DNA of 35,158 nt from Azolla caroliniana (Eukaryota > Plantae > Polypodiophyta), in NCBI GenBank assembly GCA_043228905.1, contig JBHGNT010000320.1, positions 1-35,158 on the forward strand. Direction: 5' to 3'. Every line of letters starts with the position of its first letter. Position 1 is the first letter of the stretch. Positions 1 through 9,384 of the stretch are shown piece by piece. The notes beneath the pieces were generated by a model. That model did no database searches and was not told where the DNA came from. It worked only from the letters and a program-made list of their open reading frames with translations. A program made the position numbers and the translations under genes.

Positions 1-50
1 GCGTAATTCGTGAGTTGTCGACTTGTCGAAGTCAACTCACTTCTTCTTTT

Positions 51-854
51 TCAGCACTCCTCACGGTGGCTGATTTTTCCGCAATAGTTGCAAGTTGCGG
101 GCCTCATTTGCCAACCTTGTTCAGCATGGAAGCTCCTCCCCCTTCTTCCGAAGGTTCCTCGATGGCTTCCGTGAAGGTTTGAGTTCCCTTCGTGTGATGG
201 GTTGAATTGACCTCTTCTACAGTCGTGACCTCCTCCTCGTCCACTGTCCCAATTCGAGAATAACATTTGTCCTTCCGACGTCTTGCTTTTGGTTCGGATG
301 TGGTTCTCTTCGACCAATAACATTGATTGGAAGTCGAAGAATGAAGGAGGGTTTTCTCTCGCCAAGATTGCCGTCCGTAATGGATCGAATCGTTGTGTGA
401 GGCCGCCCAAGCATACTTGAACCATCTCGTCTTCGTCGACGTTTATTTTGATGGAGGCAAGCGAGTCGCAAATGCTCTTGATCTTGGCGGTGTAGTCCGA
501 CACATACATGTCTTTTTGCCGAATGTTGTTCAACTCTTGTTGGAGTTTATGCTTTCGAGCGGTCGTGTTGGCAGCGAACATTTTCTTTACGTTCTTCCAC
601 GCCTCTTTAGGCGTCTTGGCGTATCGAATGTGGCTAAGCATGTGGTCGTGGACACATGTTGCCAAGCAATACATTACCCGACTCTCTCCTTGCTCCCACG
701 TTGGGTAGTTGGCATTTGTGATGTCGGGCTTGTTTTTTAGTGCGTCGTTAATGTAGCTCCAATACCCTTGGCCGACGAGGTATTGGGTCATCTTGTACTC
801 CCAATATGAATAATTGCTCCGGTCTAGCTTTTCACTAGGGAGCGAGCTACCCAT
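51..854 (-). CDS. gag: Copia Gag polyprotein fragment (UBN2/Retrotran_gag_2-like, truncated CCHC zinc knuckle)
   Basis: The ORF has the copia gag N-terminal motif (KLDRSNYSYWEYKM...GYWSYI), TPKEAW, a YTAKIKSICDSLASI segment, an RG-rich region and CNYCGKISHREEC before a premature stop. Confidence 0.88.
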   Translation of the reverse strand: MGSSLPSEKLDRSNYSYWEYKMTQYLVGQGYWSYINDALKNKPDITNANYPTWEQGESRVMYCLATCVHDHMLSHIRYAKTPKEAWKNVKKMFAANTTARKHKLQQELNNIRQKDMYVSDYTAKIKSICDSLASIKINVDEDEMVQVCLGGLTQRFDPLRTAILARENPPSFFDFQSMLLVEENHIRTKSKTSEGQMLFSNWDSGRGGGHDCRRGQFNPSHEGNSNLHGSHRGTFGRRGRSFHAEQGWQMRPATCNYCGKISHREEC

Positions 855-1040
855 TTATGTGTTCATGTTGATTTTAGTGTCTTCTCTTCTTTTGCTTTTC
901 TTCCTTCGATCACGTACACGTGCTGCTACATAGTGGCACTACGGTAGCCGATAGCCGGATTTTGTCGTCAGTGTCTCGAACACACAATCATGGAGTCAGG
1001 TGGGCTTAGTGGATTATCTAAAGCACACACTCTGATACCA

Positions 1041-1472
1041 TGTTAATAATTAGGTAATTAATTAAGCAAGGGTTAATTAGTACCTAATTATCTGATTAGT
1101 TGATAAGCGAAAGATTAAGTGATATGTGTGTGAGAGGGAGAGAGAGATAGATACACTTATGAACAACACAAGATGGGGGATGAGTAACTATATTAAATTA
1201 GCATCAACATCATCAAATACAAAAATACCCACAATGAGGTATATATACATCTCATGTGCAAAGGTGCACATGTGTGAGTAGAATATAGGTACTAAGGTGT
1301 AAGTCCTATATTAAATGTACTTAGAAGTGGAGGATCTAGAATATCCCACATAAGTACAAGGTCCTATTTAAGGCGTTATAGTCAACACTTCTAACTAGAT
1401 TATAAATTTGGTAACTACGAAGTTACATTGTTGACGAACTAACTAAACTAAGTTGAGCTTGATCTCTCAACA
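1041..1472 (-). repeat. 5' LTR of the minus-strand copia element (432 bp)
   Basis: TG...CA termini on the minus strand, an adjacent PBS, and clear similarity to the reverse complement of the LTR at 6035-6478 (shared ends TGTTGAGA.ATCAAGCTCAA and ATTACCTAATTA.TAACA). Confidence 0.9.
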
Positions 1473-2845
1473 AAGTCTAAATCACGTAAAAGTGACTCAC
1501 TGATAGAGGAACTAACCGAGGACATGAAGTTGCTTCGTTGGTTGTCATTGCAAGGGATAAAAGATGACAAATTATAAATATAAGTATTATCAAGAGTGGC
1601 CGCCAAGGACTTTAGCTTGGATGAAATGGTCACAGATGATGATTGTTTTTTAATGTGATGATTGTTTTTTAATGGATTTCTTTATTAATTTGCTCTATCC
1701 TAACCTTTATGTGTAATGTTTTTTAGTCATATGGTTTATATGAAGATACAAGAGTTGATGATGAAAAAGTTTTCCCTGCCTACGTGGGAAGAAGTGGAGC
1801 AGTCTTGCCCAAAAACATCATCGTACAAGGCTCTTGAAGAATTTTTCATTGTGTTTCGAGAATGGGGACTCGAACACAGTAAAAAAAAATTTACACAATG
1901 TTGATCCTTTCCGACAACTGTATTATAGTGTATATAATGGTGATGTGGGTAATATGTTTGACATATTACCAAAGAGGCATTATATGTTGCTCGTCGTGGA
2001 CATACCATATGGATTTCAAATAACAAGGTCCACATACGACGATGTGCCATATAAATATCCGCAAATAGAAAAGATGGTGAAAGACTTTGTAGAGATGACC
2101 CTAGCTCCATTATGGCGAATAATAATATTTCACAGTATGGGTCAGGCTTTATCGGTCACTACTACACTAAAGTCGAAATGCCATGCCACCAAACACATGC
2201 ATTGGTATGCTTTAAGTTGCTATATATTTAATATATGGCTTATATTGCACTTACTATATAGATATTGACTTGTTTCCATTCCATTACAAATAGGGTTAAA
2301 ACGAATATAACTCGTACCCCGGGTGATCGAATGGTGAGCATTATGGAGCATTTGTACGTGGGGTACTACGATGCAATTTCTAAGAAGAAGGTTTGGGCAC
2401 ATGTGAATGAGAGAAACGTCGTAAATTATATCATGTGCCTAGCAGTAACAAAGAACTTGGGCCACATTTCTGGTGACAAGTGTCTAGTAAACCTGTATCA
2501 AAAGCCCCGATGATTAATTAATTGATTGGTCAAGTTGTTCTCCAACCCTGATGATTGGGTGCTCAACGTATTCTCTGGACAAGTATTCTCATAAGTGTGA
2601 TTAATTTATCTTAATTTATCTCGTCTTTGGTTGGGGCAAAGCATATCAATGAAACAGAGATGTTTCAGTTGACATCCAAAGAACCAATGGAACCTATAGA
2701 CGAACGAGGGGACCTTGTCGACCTCGAAGATGTACCAGAGTCTAAACAAACACAAGATTCAGTTAAGCAGACGGAACAAGTGGATATGACACAACTGCCA
2801 ACTAATCTTGGAGACCAGCCTCTTCTAGACCTCCTAATGGAGTGA
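1473..2845 (+). pseudogene. Decayed intron-containing beta-class amino-DNA methyltransferase gene (N6_N4_Mtase-like, N6-adenine/N4-cytosine) with an N-terminal helical region and an acidic tail
   Basis: VYNGDVGNMFDILPKRHYMLLVVDIPYG (1930-2013; DIPY at 1999-2010) matches the beta-MTase N-terminus and catalytic motif IV. A GT-AG intron at 2205-2293 restores HMHW-VKTN (W-x-K motif), followed by EHLYVG and NLYQKPR*LIN*LVKLFSNPDDWVLNVFSG (2490-2579), which matches motif X plus the start of SAM-binding motif I. In-frame stops and a frameshift near the A-run at 1881-1889 show decay. Confidence 0.8.
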
Positions 2846-3814
2846 ATTGTATAATATTTTGTATTTGCAACTAAATTATTGTTTTGAAATATAACAATTT
2901 TTCGTTTGAGTATAATTTCTTTAATTTATCCTATTGGTGTCTCGAACTTTATGTGTCTATCATATGTTTACAAAGGTTGACTTATAAAGTATGTGGTTAT
3001 TAAAGTATAGTTTCCATTGAATAGATAATTTTAACTTATCGATTGTATGACAAATGTTGGTTATAATTGTTTCTCAATTAATATAATTGAATTTAGTGTT
3101 TATTCTATGATTTATATTGTCTTTAATCTTGGTAAACTAGTTTCGAGTAAACTCAATAATATTAAATCAACGTCGTTGCTCATATGATCATGCATTCACG
3201 TTGTTCATGAATGATTGTCATATAATGTTTGTAGTTTATTTTTGGCATGCGTGCTATATGGTGATATATTCGTTTGTGAAAGTTTTTCTAATTATATCCA
3301 ATAATCCTTTTTACAAACTCGACGTAACAATCTTTATAAGATTTAGAGACAAATATAGTAACAAAATTGCATTTCTAAATTTGTTAAGTTAGATTCGAAT
3401 TTAACATTATGTACAATGAAGCATATTACAATTATAGTTGGATGCACTCCCATCATCTTATCTAAGATTCAGATAAATTTGTATATGAATTTTCCAAATA
3501 TCAGTTAAATTTTTAATCTTCAAAATATTAACTGCATTTTTTAGTGATGTTTTTAAAAATCATGTGTGCATGCGCGATAGGTTCTTGAAAGTTTGTTCAA
3601 AAAAGGTAATTCTTGACATCTCGCGTATTTCTCAATAAGGGAATGAGACATATTGCATTTTTCAAATGTCCAGGTTTTCTGGCGTTTGAGTCGAAACGAG
3701 TCGACCGAGTGTGCGAAGCATGCCAACTTGGCAAACAACGTCGACTCCCATTCCCAAAGGAGAGTTATATAAGCAAAGGTCTCCTCGATGTGATCCACTC
3801 AAATGTATGGGAAC

Positions 3815-4008
3815 TAGGGATCGGCACGGCTCGGCTCAAGCCTAAACTGTTTGGCTTAGCCGGCTTGAAAACGTCTTAGCGGCTCAGCTCGACTCGGTTT
3901 AGGCTTGAACTTTCCTTAACGGTTTGAGCTCGGCTCGCGCCAAACCGGCTCAAGCCGGCTAAACCGTTTATAAACTTTAGAGAGAGGGGGAGAGAGACAA
4001 CAAACAAG

Positions 4009-4060
<52 letters not shown>

Positions 4061-4366
4061 CTAAACAAACGATGGGAGAGAGAGAGAGAGTGAGGGAGGG
4101 AGAACTACACAGACGAGGAGAGAGAGGGAGGGAGGGAGAGCTTGTGCAATGTATAGTATATAGTATATAGTATATAGTGGATCATATGAGAGAGAGGGAG
4201 GTTTCTAAACCGGTTTCCAAGCCGTTTACCAAACCGGTTTAGGCTAAACCGGTTTGTGAACCGGCTCGGCTCAGGTTTGAGATCCCGTAAATAGTTTAGG
4301 CTTAGTCGGTTTGGCTTGGATCAGGCCAAACCGGCTAAGCCTAAACCGAACCGTTGTCGATCCCTA
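3815..4366. mobile_element. hAT-type MITE inserted in the copia integrase
   Basis: TIRs TAGGGATCGGCA / TGTCGATCCCTA, a perfect 8-bp TSD ATGGGAAC (3807-3814 and 4367-4374), many subterminal AAACCG/CGGTTT motifs and a central (GA)n tract. Removing the element restores integrase NVWELAQTSTIGGCRYY. Confidence 0.93.
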
Positions 4367-4575
4367 ATGGGAACTGGCTCAAACATCGACCATCGGAGGA
4401 TGCCGATACTACGTCACCTTCACCAATGACTACTTGCGCTACACGTGGATCTTCCCGATGAAGAAGAAGAGTGAAGTGCTCGCACACTTCCAAAAGGTGA
4501 AGAGCCAAGTCGAAAAAGAAACCAGTCGGCACATTCAATGCCTACGATCGGATGGAGGTAAGGAGTACTTCTTCG

Positions 4576-5253
4576 ACAAATTCATCTCCTACCTCCAAGG
4601 TGAAGGCATCCAGAGAGAATTCTCATGCTGACACACCCCAACAAAATGGAGTAGCCAAAAGGAAGAATTGGCATATACTCGAGGTAGCATGGGCCAGGTT
4701 GCATGAGAATCAAATGCCAAATTCTATTGGGCCAAAGTGGCATCCACGGTTGTCTATCTCATGAATCGATACACCACTAATGGAGTACATGAGTTAACTC
4801 CATACGAGATCTTTGTTGGAAGGAAGTTGATCCTTTCACACCTCAAAGTTTTCGGAAGTATTGCAGATTTACGCCTCCCAAACGAAAAACGACAAAAGCT
4901 CGACGCGAAGCTCCCACAAATTCATCTCCTACCTCCAAGGTGAAGGCATCCGGAGAGAATTCTCATGCCAACACACACCCCAACAAAATGGAGTAGCCGA
5001 AAGGAAGAATCAACATATACTCGAGGTAGCACGGGCCATGTTGCATGAGAAGCAGATGTCGAATTTCTATTGGGCCGAAGCGGCACCCAGGGTTGTCTAT
5101 CTCCTGAATCGATGCACCACTAATGGAGTACATGAGTTAACTCCATATGAGATCTTTGTTAGAAGGAAGTCGATCCTTTCACACCTCAAAGTGTTCGAAA
5201 GCATTGCGGATTTAAGCCTCCCAAACGAAAAACGCCAAAAGCTTGACGCGAAG
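4576..5253 (+). repeat. About 340-bp tandem duplication within the copia integrase
   Basis: ACAAATTCATCTCCTACCTCCAAGGTGAAGGCATCC...GACGCGAAG occurs at 4576-4910 and again at 4916-5253. Confidence 0.92.
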
Positions 5254-6034
5254 TCGGCGAAATGTATCCTCGTAGGATACTCGTCCGAGAAAAAGGGATA
5301 CAAGTGCTTTAACCCGTCACCCAAGCAGTTCGGGTAAGTCGGGACATAGTTTTCGACGAATGCATTATGGTATGAGCCCAATTCAGCTCCATCCGAACCG
5401 ACTGAAGAACAGTTGGTCGTCAACTCGGATAACGATATTCCGCAAAGTCCTTTACCAAAGGAAAATCCAAACTGCATCGAGCTAAGTGGACCACACAAGT
5501 CGTCAAGCATTCCAAGCACGTCTTTTCCAGGGGCCAGATCAAACAAAGGCAAAGGTAAGATGCCCGAATATGAAGTCGACCACCCTGACGACAATGATTC
5601 GGATGTGTCAGCTCACTCACTAGACAATGAGTTTGGTGTACCCATCATGTGGACACCCGGCGTAAAGAAGGCGCTCACGTCGGCAAACGAAAAACTTTGA
5701 CGCTCATCTAGAGAGAAGAACCCGATCACTCGGTTCGGCTACAACGAGTATATGGCCCATCACTATGCCTTTGCGATGAAGGGGGCGGCCAAACGAGAGC
5801 CCGCAAGCTTTACAGAAGCGGCTCGTGACCACTGAGGGATGGAAACCATGGATGACAAGATGCAAGCACTCGGCCTTGGACCATTTGATACTACAAGCCT
5901 TCATCTCAGGCTTGAGGGGGAGGAACCGAAACTGCCACTGCCACAGAAATGCCGACACTGAAAGCCGAACAGAAGTCAACATCGCCAAAAGCCAAATCGG
6001 ATGTCGGATGCCTCATACTTGAGCTTGAGGGGGG

Positions 6035-6478
6035 TGTTGAGATATCAAGCTCAATTAAGTTTAGCCATTTAGTTAACCATATAACTTAGTGAATCTAGTT
6101 AGTGCGTTGACCTTTTAAACCCTTAAACAGGATCTTGTACTTGTACGTAAGTGGGGATACATTCTAGATTCTCCACTACCAAGTATATTTAATATAGGAC
6201 TTACATCCTTGTACCTATATCTACTCACAACATGAGTTGTATATATATCTTATTGTGGGTATTTTTGTAACTTGATGCTTATTAATATAGAGAAAGGTCT
6301 TTAGCTACACTCTTGTAAATCATCCCCCATTTATCTCATTGTTCATAAGTGTAACTTCTCCTCTTCCTTCCTCTCACAAACATATCACATAATCTTCCGT
6401 GACTTAATCACATACGTGATTAACTTCTCACATAATTAGATACTAATTAACCCTTAGTTAATTACCTAATTACTAACA
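6035..6478 (+). repeat. Copia LTR (444 bp) with a PPT upstream and a PBS downstream
   Basis: Starts TGTTGAGA right after the PPT, ends TAACA, and is followed by TGGTATTAGAGC (6479-6490) and about 26 bp resembling the leader of the minus-strand element. Confidence 0.9.
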
Positions 6479-6730
6479 TGGTATTAGAGCGTGTGGTTTA
6501 GCATATCCACTAAGCCTAGTAAACTAAGAAATTAAACTTACGAGATTTATCAAAATTAATTTAATTATTTAGTGATTATAGAACTTTCAACTATAATCAT
6601 GCAACTAAAAATACGAAGAGAAATCTTAGGTTGATTGGAGACCAAAACCTATTAGATTTTATTTTAGAGAATCAATTTAGATTTTTGTCAAGCCCCCTTT
6701 CAATCTAAGTGCTTCTTATACACTTATGGG

Positions 6731-8083
6731 CATAGAATGAACCATACGTATCATATAGGCGTTCGCATTCAAGAATGATTCAATCAAACGTGTATGGTAA
6801 ATCATCTCAAAGTTGGATTGGATTGACTATGGTCTATATTATATATTGATTCACTCTCAATCCCAATAAGCGGACTCTATCCATTGTGAACCACCAATGT
6901 AAGTATGGTTGCAATATTTGCATTGTATCACATGCATACTTTTGGCATGCTTCTTAAGAATCAAGACATCTCTATCATCCTCACTTCAGAACTTTACAAA
7001 AAAATGAACTATAGAAATTCAATCGAAATATGTCATTATAAATTATAATCAAATGTTCAAAAACTCATAAAACATATATTCGAGAATATGAAGAAAACAT
7101 GACATAGGCAGTAGTAGCATAACAACTTACCGCATTATAAATTATAATCAAATGTTCAAAAACTCATAAAACGTATATTCGAGAATATGAAGAAAACATG
7201 ACATAGGCAGTAGTAGCATAACAACTTACCACTAGGGTGACCTAATTTCTAATAACAAAGATATAAAAATATAAAAAAAAGAAACGATAAAAAACTCATA
7301 AAACGTATTTTTGAGAATATAAAGAAAACATGACATAGGCAGTAGTAGCATAACAACTTACCACTATGGTGACCTAATTTCTAATAAGAAAGAAAGAAAG
7401 AAAGAAAGAAAAAAGGAATATGACACTAACATAAAATTTTGCCATGACAAAGACAGTAGTAGCATAACAACTTGCCACTAGGGTGAGCTAATTTCTAATA
7501 AGAAAGAAAAAGAAGAAAAAGGAACATGACACTAACATAAAAATTTGTCATGACACTGACAAGAGGATATGAGAAAGTTAGGAATTAAACCCAAGACACA
7601 AGTAATAGTAGCATGGCAACTTACCACTAGGTTGTGCTTAGTTCTAATGATAAGAAAAGAAAAGAAAAAGTATTATAACATTAACATGACAAGAGATATG
7701 AGAAAGTTAGGAATTAAACCCAAGACACAAGTAATATGAGAAAGTTAGGAATTAAACCCAAGACACAAGTAATAGTAGCATGGCAACTTACCACTAGGTT
7801 GTGCTTAGTTCTAATGATAAGAAAAAAAAAAAAACAAACTATTATAACATTAACATAAAATTTTGTTGTTACATGGTACTATTGAGAGAGATATGAGAAA
7901 ATTGGGCATTGAACCCAAGACATAGACAACAATAGCACGACTCCTTACCACTAGGGTGACCTAAATATGTAATGGCAATAAATGAAAAGAAGAATAAAAA
8001 CGAGTATCTATTTTTCCCTTTTTCAAACATATTTGTTTTCAAACGTTCGAATGCTTGCACGAACACGAATATTACGTTCTATG
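6731..8083. mobile_element. Non-autonomous hAT-like element (CATAGAA termini) containing an internal tandem-repeat array
   Basis: Ends CATAGAA.../...TTCTATG. The left end (CATAGAATGAACCATACGTAT...TTCGCATTC...GTATGGTAAAT) resembles the reverse complement of the right end of the MITE at 26002-26251. The flanks CACTTATGGG / CAAGTTATGGG look like a degenerate TSD. Confidence 0.6.
7030..7975. repeat. Degenerate tandem repeat array, about 7 copies, unit about 100-170 bp
   Basis: The core AGTAGTAGCATAACAACTTACCACTAGGGTGACCTAATTTCTAATAA, or variants of it, recurs near 7110, 7209, 7340, 7455, 7601, 7768 and 7930. Confidence 0.88.
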
Positions 8084-8343
8084 CAAGTTATGGGAATTCT
8101 CTCGCCACATGAGTTTAAGGAAAAGCCAACCAAAGGCTTTGAGCAGTGCCCTAGACATCTATTTTATTGTTGGAGAGACAAGTAGGAATAGGTGTTAATC
8201 CACTCCTAAGATTACTAGAAAATACTTTTAAACAAGCAAGCAAACTCTACATTCAACACTGAATCAATTAAATATAAACACTAAAGCTTTAACACAATCA
8301 ACAAGAAAGCAAGGAAAAGCAAGGAAAGAATTAAACAAAACAC

Positions 8344-8564
8344 TGGATTGAGGGACAAAACCGTTAAAGAGGTACAACAATTGAGGTTAAAAGTTTGGCT
8401 CTCAATACATTACAACAAGCAAAACTCATGTAAAATCTCCAAGTGTAGGTAGCAAGGAGTGGATTGAGGGACAAGACCCTTAAAGAGGTACAACAATTGA
8501 GGTTAAAGGTTTGGCTCTCAATACATTACAACAAACAGAACTCATGTAAAATCTCCAAGTGTAG
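8344..8564. repeat. Two-copy direct repeat, period about 116 bp
   Basis: TGGATTGAGGGACAA...TTAAAGAGGTACAACAATTGAGGTTAAA...CTCATGTAAAATCTCCAAGTGTAG occurs at about 8344-8448 and about 8460-8564. Confidence 0.88.
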
Positions 8565-9265
8565 ATAGGAACACCAAAGCTCCCAATCTTTCAAATTAAG
8601 ATCCCTTCTCTTTTATACAGTCTTCACATCGATTGATAAAGCCCTCATTCATGCATTCACTCTAACAGAAAATTTTCAAAAAACACTCAGTTAGCATGCA
8701 TGTTTAATCAATTATTTGTGAATTTGATGAGTGGATAATATGGAAGGCAAAAGGGTTGGAAGAGGCAACTTCGAATGCACACAACTAAATAATTCTCGGG
8801 TATAGTGTTCTATGATGCTTTGCATTCTCACCCTACAATTTGAGCTTCTCGAAGATAAAAGAAATGTTTTACTTCCATTTGGAAGTGTGACAATTATAGA
8901 ACAGAATAGAATCCTATAACATAGGATGAACAACCATATATAAAAAATTCTTTGATCAATTATGTACAAAGAATTTCAACAAACATTTAGACAGTAAAAA
9001 GAACAATATCCCCCATGTGTTTATTTGTCAAGTGAATCTCTCAATTTGCATTGAATAAAAATGGAAAAAACATACAATGTTTCAATGATAGGAGAAAATC
9101 TCAAACAATTTTCATCCTTCAAGAAGCTCTTGAAGATGTAATGAGAAACCAAGGAACATGCAAAAATATTACAATACAGAGCCCATGCGCAATCAAAAAG
9201 AAGAAGACAGCCTATACATAATATGCATGAATTTTAGGAGATAAAAGGACATGCATATGGCTTAT

Positions 9266-9274
<9 letters not shown>

Positions 9275-9308
<34 letters not shown>
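9275..9308. repeat. (GA)n microsatellite in the probable 3' UTR of the coiled-coil gene
   Basis: Pure AG dinucleotide run. Confidence 0.9.
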
Positions 9309-9310
<2 letters not shown>

Positions 9311-9384
9311 ACATTTTGATGAGAACCCAAAAGAAGTCTCAAAAATGTAGATTGAGAAGAGAACGTACACACGTTCACTGTCCT

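Larger units (their letters stand above)
1..1472 (-). mobile_element. Ty1/copia LTR retrotransposon, 5' portion (5' LTR, PBS, gag); continues beyond the left window edge
   Basis: Read on the minus strand: LTR TGTTGAGAG...TTAACA (1472->1041), then the tRNA-iMet PBS TGGTATCAGAG (1040->1030), a 5' leader and the gag ORF 854->51. Confidence 0.92.
3672..6516 (+). mobile_element. Internally deleted, degenerate Ty1/copia element (pre-integrase zinc finger, integrase, RT/RNase H deleted, PPT, LTR, downstream PBS)
   Basis: VCEACQLGKQRRLPFP, HSNVW (HSDVW-like), GGCRYYVTF, LRSDGGKEY, TPQQNGVAERKN, YWAEAA, KLDAKSAKCILVGYS...KGYKCFNP and EPASFTEAA are all present. The PPT GCTTGAGGGGGG at 6023-6034 is followed by an LTR. 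Confidence 0.92.

Noticed and set aside
1473-2845. Bacterial contamination as the source of the methyltransferase
   Set aside because: It contains a spliceosomal intron and is physically joined to plant copia elements on both sides.
7030-7975. CRISPR-like appearance (conserved core with variable linkers)
   Set aside because: The linkers are homologous to each other and variable in length, there are no cas genes, and the context is eukaryotic. It is a tandem repeat.
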